Part shown: piece after piece, positions 48,073 to 56,462 of the stretch
How positions within the stretch are numbered: the stretch's first letter is position 1
How the letters are laid out: every line of letters starts with the position of its first letter
Source of the DNA: Burkholderiales bacterium
GTDB lineage: Bacteria > Pseudomonadota > Gammaproteobacteria > Burkholderiales > Eutrophovitaceae
Direction of reading: 5' to 3'
Length of the DNA: 64,000 nt
Assembly (NCBI GenBank): GCA_035528435.1
Contig: DATKYN010000062.1
Span: 22,396 to 86,395, forward strand
Made by a program: the position numbers and the translations under genes
Notes under the pieces: generated by a model
Databases searched by the model: none
Told to the model about the DNA's origin: nothing
What the model saw: the letters and a program-made list of their open reading frames with translations, nothing else

Positions 48073-48372
48073 ATGCCACATAGAAACGTAAACGGTAGCA
48101 AGAAAACCCGGAAGAATGGGCATCATCAGAGTAACGGCCCGGCGCGCCGGATCCGCAACAAGCGTGATTACACGCATGCGGCGGACATCATAGGCCAGCT
48201 CAAGCAAGAGGCAGATCAGGAGTCGGCAGCCGAGCTGCGGCTGCAAGCGCTGCTGCACGAACTTGAGAGGTACGATGATGATGTCGACGATTTTGAATCG
48301 GATTTCACTTTCGAAGAGGAATACGACGGCCCGTTACGCCGTTGGTCTGATGACCCGAACGACCTCGATTGA
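48073..48372 (+). CDS. hypothetical protein (basic N-terminus, acidic C-terminus)
   Basis: Strong GGGAGG Shine-Dalgarno sequence 6 nt before the ATG. 99 aa with no recognised family. Confidence 0.5.
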   Translation: MPHRNVNGSKKTRKNGHHQSNGPARRIRNKRDYTHAADIIGQLKQEADQESAAELRLQALLHELERYDDDVDDFESDFTFEEEYDGPLRRWSDDPNDLD

Positions 48373-48511
48373 GAACGCTCTCCTTTGAGGTGACGCCGGT
48401 TCGCTCTGCCATTCGCCAAACCGGTATTGGTTCAATTCGTAACGGCTGACTATCCGACGGCCCGTACGGCCGTGCGCCCGGTAGACTTGCCCGACGCTGG
48501 TCCCGGATCGC

Positions 48512-49501
48512 TCAGGAAGTGTGCGAGCTCTGCCATGCCTCCGGGTTAAGCATCCGTTTCGGCTCGCCGTCCAGATACGCAAGTACGTTCTCAATCGACT
48601 CCCTGTAAAACTGGGAATAGATCTCCCCGGTGGCATAACCCTGGTGCGGAGTAAGGATCGTGTTCGGCAGGGTGCGCAGCGGGTGGTTGACGGGCAACGG
48701 TTCCTGGTCAAACACATCAAGTGCCGCGATCAGCCTGCCTGCTTGCAGATGTTCCAGCAACGCGTTTTCATCGATGAGTGGGCCTCGGGACGTGTTGATC
48801 AGAATGGCGTCGTCCTTCATTTTCGAAAGTTCATCTGCACCGATGATGCCGCGGGATTGCTCGCTCAGTACCAGGTGCAACGAGATGGCGTCGGATTCGG
48901 CGAGTAGCGCGTCTTTTTCCACGCACTTTGCACCGACTGCGCGGGCCGACTCTTCGGTCAAGTTTCGACTCCATCCAAGCACCCGCATACCGAGCGCCTG
49001 GCCGTATCGCGCCATACGCCCGCCAATTTTTCCAAGGCCCATCAGTCCCAGCGTTTTGCCTTCGAGCACGTTGCCGGCGGCCAGTGCTTGTTGAAACCTG
49101 CCTTCACGCATTGAGATATCTGCAGATGGAATATGCCGGGCGGCCGATAGCAGCAGACCGAGTGCCAGCTCCGCAGTCGCAGCGCTAGCCAGCGTGCCGC
49201 CGGTATGACAAATGGGAATTCTTCGTAATGTGCACGTATCGATATCCATAGTCCATGTTCGTGCGCCGGTTAATGCGATCATCTTCAGGTTTACCAACCG
49301 CTCGATCGTAGACTTCGGAAACGCGCTCCGTTCGCGCATTGCAATGATGATGTCGAAACCCAGTAATTGGTGGATCAACTGCGCCTGATCCTTGAATGGC
49401 TCGTCAAAGAAAACGACCTCGGCGCGTGCTTCCAGATCAATCCAGTTGGCGCTCCGCCTTGCAACTCCCTGCCAATCGTCAAGTACCGCTATTCTGGTCA
49501 T
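48512..49501 (-). CDS. D-isomer-specific 2-hydroxyacid dehydrogenase family protein
   Basis: GLMGLGKIGGRMA NAD motif and the catalytic R/E/H context (NTSRGPLIDE ... LTPHQGY). GGAGGA Shine-Dalgarno sequence before the ATG at 49501. Confidence 0.85.
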   Translation of the reverse strand: MTRIAVLDDWQGVARRSANWIDLEARAEVVFFDEPFKDQAQLIHQLLGFDIIIAMRERSAFPKSTIERLVNLKMIALTGARTWTMDIDTCTLRRIPICHTGGTLASAATAELALGLLLSAARHIPSADISMREGRFQQALAAGNVLEGKTLGLMGLGKIGGRMARYGQALGMRVLGWSRNLTEESARAVGAKCVEKDALLAESDAISLHLVLSEQSRGIIGADELSKMKDDAILINTSRGPLIDENALLEHLQAGRLIAALDVFDQEPLPVNHPLRTLPNTILTPHQGYATGEIYSQFYRESIENVLAYLDGEPKRMLNPEAWQSSHTS

Positions 49502-49596
49502 ATTGCCGGGATCCTCCATTGATGAGCGGCCTGGCCGGACAGTTTCGGCAGCCCGGTTAAATGATGTGTTTCGAACACTTCCTGTGGGTATTGCGT

Positions 49597-50367
49597 TCAG
49601 GTTTTTCCCAGATGATAGCCGCCGTCCACCAGAATCGTTTCTCCCGTGACAAGGGCCGCACCTTCAAGTAACCAAACCGCGACTTCGGCGACGTCGTCTG
49701 CCGACGCCGCTTTCTCCAGAGGAACCGTCTTTTCGTAGCCGGCCTTGAATTTATCGTAATCCTCTGCGTTGAATCGCGCGGAATGCCAGCGCGTGTCGAT
49801 CAGCCCGGGACACACCGCATTGACACGTATCTCCGGCGCCAGCGCTCGCGCGAGAGCCAGTGTCAAGGCGTTGAGAGCGCCTTTAGATGCGACATAGGCG
49901 GTCGAGGACCCAACCCCTCTGACGCCGGACAGGGACGAAATATTGACGATTGCTCCGCCTCCGCCAGCCCGGATCGCGGGCGCGCAGGCGCGTATCATCT
50001 GGTACGGGCCGATAACGTTCACCGCGTAGATATTTTGGAAGTCCTCCGCGTCAAGTGCCTCGAGATCGGCTGCCGGGGCGAACTTGGTGACGCCGGCATT
50101 ATTGATCAGGGCATTGATTTGTCCCCATTTGTCAATCGCCGCCTGAGCCAATGCGCGGCAGTCGGCATCCTTCGCCACATCTGCCTTGACCGCTATCGCC
50201 TCTCCCCCTGCAGCATTGCATTGCTCGACGACGTTTCGGGCATCCTGTTCGCTGCGTCTGTAATTGACCACAACGCGGCACCCTTTTGCCGACAGCTGTG
50301 TGGCACAGGCCGCTCCCGTGCCGGTGCCTGCTCCCGTTACGATGCAGACGGCATTCTTCAAATTCAT
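49597..50367 (-). CDS. SDR family oxidoreductase
   Basis: TGAGTGTGAA, NNAG and catalytic YVASK. GGGAG Shine-Dalgarno sequence before the ATG at 50367. Confidence 0.85.
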   Translation of the reverse strand: MNLKNAVCIVTGAGTGTGAACATQLSAKGCRVVVNYRRSEQDARNVVEQCNAAGGEAIAVKADVAKDADCRALAQAAIDKWGQINALINNAGVTKFAPAADLEALDAEDFQNIYAVNVIGPYQMIRACAPAIRAGGGGAIVNISSLSGVRGVGSSTAYVASKGALNALTLALARALAPEIRVNAVCPGLIDTRWHSARFNAEDYDKFKAGYEKTVPLEKAASADDVAEVAVWLLEGAALVTGETILVDGGYHLGKT

Positions 50368-50615
50368 AATCGCTCCCATGTATTGTTCATATTGTTGACC
50401 TGTGCCCCGTTGCTGGTTATCGAAAGTGGCGCAAACAGATATTCAGTTGGGTTCGTCTGCCACGGCTTTGCAAGACCTGTTTCTTTCGGTCGTGGATTTG
50501 GTTAGTCTAGACGCGAGATACCAGTTTTGTTGAAGCTGCGGTTCAGGTGTGGCGCCGCAGCCTGGATGGCAGTTTGATTCGAGTCCAGTTTAAATCGAGC
50601 CGGAGTAACAACGTA

Positions 50616-51473
50616 ATGGCGCATGTAAAGACCGATGACGATGTAAAGCTCTATTTTGAAGAAACAGGGGCAGGGACACCAATTGTCTTTGCCCATGAGT
50701 TTGCGGGTGATTGTCGCAGTTGGGAAGCGCAGGTACGGCATTTCGCACGGCGCTACCGGTGCATCACTTTCAATGCGCGCGGTTATCCGCCCTCCGACGT
50801 GCCTCAGCAAGCGGCGCTGTATTCCCAACAGCGCGCACGCGATGACATTCTTTGCGTGCTTGATGGTCTGGGAATAGAACGCGCGCACATTGTCGGGTTG
50901 TCGATGGGCGCATTTGCGACCTTGCATTTCGGTATGGCGTACTCGGACCGGGCTTTGTCCCTGGTGGTCGCGGGATGCGGATACGGGTCGCATCCGGACC
51001 AGTACGAAAGTTTCCAGCGCGAAGCGAACGCCCTGGCGCAAACTATTCGGGAGGAAGGCATGGCCCATGTGGCTGCAACCTATGGTCACGGGCCGACGCG
51101 TATGCAACTTCGGGACAAGGATCCTCGCGGCTTTGATGATTTCATCCGGTTCTTTAGCGAGCACTCTGCGGAGGGTTCGGCTATGACAATGGAGAATTAT
51201 CAGGGAAAACGCCCATCGCTCTATGCGCTCCAGAAGGAGATGGCGGGTATCACGGCACCCTTGCTTGTGGTGGCCGGCGATGAAGACGATGCAACCCTGG
51301 AGCCGTCTATCATGATGAAGCGCGCGATTGCCACCTGTGGACTTGTTGTACTGCCGCGGAGTGGGCACGTGCTCAATATCGAGGAGCCCGCACTATTTAA
51401 CCGGGTGCTGGAGGATTTTTTTCATACGGTCGAGGCGGGGCGTTGGAGCACTCGCGAGATCGGGCATTCCTGA
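50616..51473 (+). CDS. alpha/beta hydrolase
   Basis: HEFAGD oxyanion region, GLSMGA nucleophile elbow, and a C-terminal His (PRSGHVLN). GGAG Shine-Dalgarno sequence before the ATG at 50616. Confidence 0.85.
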   Translation: MAHVKTDDDVKLYFEETGAGTPIVFAHEFAGDCRSWEAQVRHFARRYRCITFNARGYPPSDVPQQAALYSQQRARDDILCVLDGLGIERAHIVGLSMGAFATLHFGMAYSDRALSLVVAGCGYGSHPDQYESFQREANALAQTIREEGMAHVAATYGHGPTRMQLRDKDPRGFDDFIRFFSEHSAEGSAMTMENYQGKRPSLYALQKEMAGITAPLLVVAGDEDDATLEPSIMMKRAIATCGLVVLPRSGHVLNIEEPALFNRVLEDFFHTVEAGRWSTREIGHS

Positions 51474-51479
51474 GCGATT

Positions 51480-52652
51480 ATGCATCAAGCCCTTTCTCAT
51501 CTTCGTGTGATCGACCTGACGCGGGTACGCGCCGGCCCAACGTGTGTCAAACAGTTTGCAGACTGGGGAGCCGATGTCATCAAGGTCGAGATGCCCAGCG
51601 TCGCGGCAGATGAAGGATTTGGTCCGCGCGCGGGCTCCGATTTTCAGAACCTGCATCGAAACAAGCGGGCCATAACGATCAATCTGAAAGACAAGCGTGG
51701 CATTGAGATATTCAAGCGCCTTGTCAGGACGGCCGACGTTGTTGTCGAGAATTTCCGGCCCGCTGTAAAACATAAGCTTGGTATTGATTACGAGACCTTA
51801 TCGAGCGAGAACCCGCGGCTGGTTTATGCCAGTATCTCCGGTTTCGGGGAGGACGGGCCGTATCGCGACCGTGCCGGATTCGATCAGGTAGCACAGGGCA
51901 TGGGCGGTTTGATGTGGGTAACCGGGTTGGCCGGTCAGGGGCCGGTGCGTGCCGGGATACCTATTGCCGACCTCAGTGCCGGTCTGTTTGCGGCAATTGG
52001 TATTCTGATTGCCTTGCAGGAGCGCAGCGTGTCCGGAAAAGGCCAGTGGGTGCAAAGCTCTTTACTCTCGGCGATGGTAAACATGATGGATTTTCAGGCT
52101 GCGCGCTGGCTGGTTGAAGAAGAGATTCCAGCTCAGGCCGGAAACGATCACCCGACGTCGATGCCAACCAGCGTTTATCCGACATCTGACGGTTTCGTGA
52201 ACATTGCGGCAGCGGGCGACGCAATCTATACACGCATGTGTAACGCGCTGGGTATCCCCGGACTTGCAAATCATGCGGATTACGACACCGCAGATTTACG
52301 CTCCCGTCATCGCGTGGCGCTTAACGACGCCATCGCCAAACGTTCGCGTAAATTCACTTCAGAAAAATTGATCGAGTTGCTCAATCAGGCAGGCGTGCCT
52401 TGCGGCCCGATTAACAAGATGAACCAGGTGTTTGATGACCCGCAAGTAAAACATCTCGGAATGGCTGTTCCGGTTCCGGCTAACGGGTCGGGGGATCTCA
52501 ACCTGGTAGGGCCGGCAATACGCTTGACGCGAACGCCTTCGCAGATGAAACGCGCGATGGGCGCGGCGGGTGAACACAATGAGCAGATTCTGCGTGAACT
52601 CGGGTACGCAAAGAGTGAAATCGCGGCTCTGCAGTCGGACAACGTAATCTGA
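51480..52652 (+). CDS. CaiB/BaiF family (class III) CoA-transferase
   Basis: LRVIDLTRVRAGPTC..FADWGADVIKVE and VVENFRPAV are typical of family III CoA-transferases. It starts 7 nt after the hydrolase stop. Confidence 0.9.
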   Translation: MHQALSHLRVIDLTRVRAGPTCVKQFADWGADVIKVEMPSVAADEGFGPRAGSDFQNLHRNKRAITINLKDKRGIEIFKRLVRTADVVVENFRPAVKHKLGIDYETLSSENPRLVYASISGFGEDGPYRDRAGFDQVAQGMGGLMWVTGLAGQGPVRAGIPIADLSAGLFAAIGILIALQERSVSGKGQWVQSSLLSAMVNMMDFQAARWLVEEEIPAQAGNDHPTSMPTSVYPTSDGFVNIAAAGDAIYTRMCNALGIPGLANHADYDTADLRSRHRVALNDAIAKRSRKFTSEKLIELLNQAGVPCGPINKMNQVFDDPQVKHLGMAVPVPANGSGDLNLVGPAIRLTRTPSQMKRAMGAAGEHNEQILRELGYAKSEIAALQSDNVI

Positions 52653-52661
52653 GGTGAATTG

Positions 52662-53444
52662 ATGAGCGATGGAAAACTGCGAGTCGAGCAGGAGGGCGCC
52701 ATAGGCCGGATGATATTTGACAATACGGCACGCCGTAACGCGATCAACGCCGAAATGTGGCGCGCGATCCCGCAGGCCATTACCCGATTCAACAGTCTGC
52801 CCGGTGTGCGCTGTATCGTTCTGCGTGGAGAGGGGGAGACGGCGTTCGCAGCTGGCGCCGACATATCCGAATTCGAAACCAGGCGCTCCAGCGATGAAGA
52901 AGTGCAAGCCTATGAATCTGCCGTGACCGCGGCGCATCTTGCGATCGAGGCGTCGCCAAAACCAGTGATCGCGCTGATTCATGGTTTCTGCGTCGGTGGT
53001 GGACTGGCAACCGCGTTGTCGTGTGATCTGCGTTATGCCGGTGAGAGTGCCCGTTTCGCGATTCCGGCCGCCAGACTGGGACTGGGTTATGGCGTACACG
53101 GAAACAACAGGCTGGTCGCGACGGTTGGCCATGCGGCCGCACGTGAAATCATGTTCACGGCACGCCTCTATGATTCAACAGAAGCGTTGGGGATGGGGTT
53201 GGTCAACCGGGTGATGGCAGATGATGTGCTAGACGAATTTGTTGAAAATATCGCGGGAAAAATTGCAGCCAATGCCCCGCTGACGGTGGCCGCGTCAAAA
53301 ATCGCATTCGAGGCGATCATTGCACCGGCTGGCGATTTTTCGAATGCGGAGTCGGCAATTACGGCGTGCATGCGCAGCGAAGACTATATTGAGGGCAGGC
53401 GTGCGTTTATGGAAAAACGCAAACCGCAGTTCAAGGGGCAGTAG
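52662..53444 (+). CDS. enoyl-CoA hydratase/isomerase family protein
   Basis: Crotonase fold pattern (RNAINAEMW...VLRGEGETAFAAGADI...HGFCVGGGLA). It starts 10 nt after the CoA-transferase stop. Confidence 0.85.
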   Translation: MSDGKLRVEQEGAIGRMIFDNTARRNAINAEMWRAIPQAITRFNSLPGVRCIVLRGEGETAFAAGADISEFETRRSSDEEVQAYESAVTAAHLAIEASPKPVIALIHGFCVGGGLATALSCDLRYAGESARFAIPAARLGLGYGVHGNNRLVATVGHAAAREIMFTARLYDSTEALGMGLVNRVMADDVLDEFVENIAGKIAANAPLTVAASKIAFEAIIAPAGDFSNAESAITACMRSEDYIEGRRAFMEKRKPQFKGQ

Positions 53445-53801
53445 CACTGTGCGTTGCTGATGGGCGTCGCAAGGTGTGGAATTCGTTGGCGTCAGACTGA
53501 ACCGCCTGATGGCAGACACAGTATTGCCGCACGCGGGTGCTGGATTAACTCCGAATACCTGATGCAGGAACGATGATCCGAAGCCGTGGGAGGAATGCAC
53601 GGCAGGATGCTTGAGTGTGACGGGTGGGTGCAACTGACCCGTTTGCCTGCATGGCAATGCACCGGAATTCCTGGATAGCCGGTACCCCTTGAGGCTACGG
53701 AACGTTAGCGATCGTGGTTTTTTGCATGGGGTGGCGCAGGATCATCATATGGTTGAGCGTATCCTGCTCCAATCTAACTAATCTTTTGTTGGGGGAATTT
53801 G

Positions 53802-54215
53802 ATGAAGCATTTCATGCAGGCATTTCTGGTAGTTGTATGTTTATCGACCCCGGTTGCGCAGGCGGTCACAATTGACGCTCAAGTAGAAGGCCCGCTGCTT
53901 AAGAAGGACCGCGTGCTCGAGTTTGTAAGGCAGAACCTGGAAGGCGAGATTGCGACAGTCCCGGATATCGACCGGGGCGGCAAGCATCGTTTATTCGTAC
54001 GCGTTGCTTCCAAGCATATCGGCCCGAAAAGCTGGTTTCTGTATTTGACTGAAGTGCAGTTGCAGCGGCGCGTTACTGATGTCGACACCCAGCGTGTATA
54101 TTGGGCTTCCATTCGCTCGGCGGTCCTTTGGGGAACGGTACCAAGCGAGATTGAGGTCCGCGATGCACTGGGAACTCTCATGAGTGAAAAAGTAAGTCAG
54201 TGGAAACCGGATTAA
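53802..54215 (+). CDS. secreted hypothetical protein
   Basis: Signal peptide (MKHFMQAFLVVVCLSTPVAQA) and a GGGGGA Shine-Dalgarno-like tract. No family recognised. Confidence 0.5.
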   Translation: MKHFMQAFLVVVCLSTPVAQAVTIDAQVEGPLLKKDRVLEFVRQNLEGEIATVPDIDRGGKHRLFVRVASKHIGPKSWFLYLTEVQLQRRVTDVDTQRVYWASIRSAVLWGTVPSEIEVRDALGTLMSEKVSQWKPD

Positions 54216-54266
54216 CACGGGCCGTCACGAATTGAACCGCAATGATGAAAGTCTTACGGAGGCACG

Positions 54267-54683
54267 ATGAAAACGAGGAAATTGTTCTGGACGGCAGGCG
54301 CTTCTGCGTTGCTCGGAATTGTATTCGGGGCTGGTATCGCCGTTGGAAAAAGTGAGGCCCCGCAAGAACCGCGCGGCATCAGTGTGGGTGTTGTGAGCAC
54401 GCTGGATCTTGGTTCGGAACTGACGAATCTGGACGGCCGGGAACTTCGGGTGCGGATCATTACGTTTGAACCCGGCGCTGCGGTGCCGTTGCATAGCCAT
54501 GACGGCCGGCCGGGTATCGCCCATGTTCTCAAAGGCACGTTGACCGAACATCTGGAAGGGAAAGGGGTATTCCAGCGAAACCAGGGTGACCGGTTACTGG
54601 AGGACAAGAATACCGTGCACTGGGTCGAGAACCGCAGCGGGGAAACCGCAATGGTATTCGCGACGGACGTCTATAAACCGTGA
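54267..54683 (+). CDS. cupin domain-containing protein with N-terminal signal/anchor
   Basis: Cupin motifs PLHSHDG....H and VHWVEN. N-terminal hydrophobic segment. GGAGG Shine-Dalgarno sequence. Confidence 0.7.
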   Translation: MKTRKLFWTAGASALLGIVFGAGIAVGKSEAPQEPRGISVGVVSTLDLGSELTNLDGRELRVRIITFEPGAAVPLHSHDGRPGIAHVLKGTLTEHLEGKGVFQRNQGDRLLEDKNTVHWVENRSGETAMVFATDVYKP

Positions 54684-54692
54684 TTGGTAATC

Positions 54693-54716
54693 CGGGATCA
54701 AACGATCCCGTTGTTG
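54693..54716 (+). terminator. weak hairpin after the cupin gene
   Basis: CGGGATC-AAAC-GATCCCG followed by TTGTTG, 10 nt past the stop. The U-tract is poor. Confidence 0.3.
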
Positions 54717-54780
54717 CCAGATGCGCGATAAAGCAGCGCTGATCCAACGAGGTTGATAACGCGCCAGGACTGGCACCGGC

Positions 54781-55572
54781 TCAGGGAAGCTGCTCCAGCA
54801 ACCGGCGTGCTTTGGTGGCCGGGTCGCTGTCCGGATGGACGAAAACAAGGTTTTCCAGGGCACTTCGGGCGGCGCTGGCATCACCCATTTCCAGATGGGC
54901 TTTGCCGAGCAGGAACATCGTGTCGGGTGCTTTCTCGCTGTCGGGATTGTTGTACAAGAGCGTCTCGCCAGTCTCGATCGCACTTTGGTATTCACCTTGG
55001 CGTAGCAGTGCCTCGGCCAGCCAGTAGCGCGCGCTAGCGGAAGCAGGGTCGTCGCTGTACAACTGCAGGTACGCCTGGAGCTCCCCGGTCGCCGCGCTGT
55101 AGGATCCCGCCTGATACTTCTCCAGAGCGGATTCGTAGAGCGCCTCTGGTGCACTCTTTGCCGCTGGCGCGGCAGCGGCAGATGAAACGACTTCATGCAT
55201 TGCCGCCAGTGCTTCCTCGAGTTGCAGTAGCCGGTTTTCCAGTTCGACAATCTTTGCCTTGTCTTCGCTGTTATCGGCCTCGGGTTTTGTTTCTATCTTT
55301 CTGATACGGGCGTCGAAGTCGGTGGCGATCTTCAACTGACTTTCGCGCGAACGCTGAGCGCCTTCAATTAACTCTTCGACTTGTCCGCGTAAACCCGCAA
55401 TCTCGTTCGTCAGCTCTTCGTTCTGATTGAGCAGTTGTATCAACTGATAGGCGACGCCATCCATTGCGGCCTGGGCCTGATCATCCGCCATGCTCGGCAT
55501 AGCAACAGCACTTGCCAACAGCAAGGTTGTCGCGCTAAGAGTTGTTCTGAAGCGAATGCTGACCGGATTCAT
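54781..55572 (-). CDS. ybgF: Tol-Pal system protein YbgF/CpoB
   Basis: Signal peptide, N-terminal coiled coil, and C-terminal TPR repeats (YESALEKYQAGSY..A...). It sits directly downstream of pal. Start set at the ATG at 55572. Confidence 0.85.
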   Translation of the reverse strand: MNPVSIRFRTTLSATTLLLASAVAMPSMADDQAQAAMDGVAYQLIQLLNQNEELTNEIAGLRGQVEELIEGAQRSRESQLKIATDFDARIRKIETKPEADNSEDKAKIVELENRLLQLEEALAAMHEVVSSAAAAPAAKSAPEALYESALEKYQAGSYSAATGELQAYLQLYSDDPASASARYWLAEALLRQGEYQSAIETGETLLYNNPDSEKAPDTMFLLGKAHLEMGDASAARSALENLVFVHPDSDPATKARRLLEQLP

Positions 55573-55661
55573 GTCGTTGCTTAACGGTGTTTTGCGTTCG
55601 TGCGGCCTGGGTGGACCGGCGATGTATATGTTGCTTCGCTGAACATGCTTACAGAAAACAT

Positions 55662-56462
55662 TCACTCCTTGAACATCGGATATGCGATGTCGGCGCGCCG
55701 GTTACGTGCCCAGCTTTGCTCGTTCGCGCCGTAGGCAAGCGGACGTTCGGCACCGTAGCTTACCGCCTCGATCTGGCGTTTCGGTACACCCAGGGCGAGC
55801 AGTGCTCGCTGAACGGCATCGGAACGGCGTTGCCCTAGCGCAATGTTGTACTCGGGACTGCCGCGATCGTCACAGTTACCTTCAACGAATATTTTTACCG
55901 TTGGGTGCGTGATCAGGAAGCGTGCGTGTGCAGCGATAACCTGAGCATAGTCGGCTTTGATTTGGTAACGGTCGAAATCGAAGTAGATGGATTGCTCTAG
56001 CAGCAGCGGATTCGCCTTGCGCAGTTGTTCCTCCGTCACCATGCCCACCAGGCTGGTATCGTCGTCATCTTCCATGCGTTGCCTGCGTAACTCCTCGATT
56101 TGCCGGAGCTCTTCCTGTCTGCGTGCTTCCGCCTGGATGCGTTCTTCCTCCAGTCTGGCTTCCTCTTCGATGCGCCGTTCTTCTTCCGCGATGCGTTCTT
56201 CTTCCGCGATACGCTCCGCTTCTTGCCGTTGCTCTTCCGCGATTCGGGCCTCTTCCTGCTTTCGGGCTTCTTCAAGGCGAGCAGCTTCCTGTCGCCGGGC
56301 TTCCTGCCGCGCAGCCTCTTGCCGCACTGCTTCTTGCCTTGCGGCTTCCTGCGCGGCCGCCTCCTGCGCTGCACGCTGTGCTTCGCTCTGTGAGCTCCGG
56401 TTACCCAGACTCGAACAGGCCGTCAATGCGACGACCAGACTCAGAATCAATAAATGTTTCAT
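55662..56462 (-). CDS. pal: peptidoglycan-associated lipoprotein Pal with long charged spacer
   Basis: Lipobox LTAC. C-terminal OmpA-like domain (IYFDFDRYQI...VEGNCDDRGSPEYNIALGQRRSDAV...NRRADI). The start overlaps the tolB stop by 4 nt. Confidence 0.9.
   Translation of the reverse strand: MKHLLILSLVVALTACSSLGNRSSQSEAQRAAQEAAAQEAARQEAVRQEAARQEARRQEAARLEEARKQEEARIAEEQRQEAERIAEEERIAEEERRIEEEARLEEERIQAEARRQEELRQIEELRRQRMEDDDDTSLVGMVTEEQLRKANPLLLEQSIYFDFDRYQIKADYAQVIAAHARFLITHPTVKIFVEGNCDDRGSPEYNIALGQRRSDAVQRALLALGVPKRQIEAVSYGAERPLAYGANEQSWARNRRADIAYPMFKE
56070..56395 (-). repeat. low-complexity coding repeat (E/R/A/Q-rich) inside pal
   Basis: Residues about 24-131 of Pal consist of reiterated QEAAR / EEARx / IAEEER units. 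At the DNA level the GC(T/C)TCCTG-type periodicity leaves several other frames open. Confidence 0.8.

Noticed and set aside
47221-53132. Long antisense or alternative-frame ORFs: 47221-48003 (+), 49783-50505 (+), 50502-51368 (-), 52359-53132 (-), 45985-46611 (-)
   Set aside because: Each overlaps a gene on the other strand or frame that carries diagnostic motifs (GVGNMGG, TGAGTGTG/YVASK, GLSMGA, family III CoA-transferase N-terminus, MmgE/PrpD pattern). The alternatives are Arg/His/Cys-rich and motif-free.
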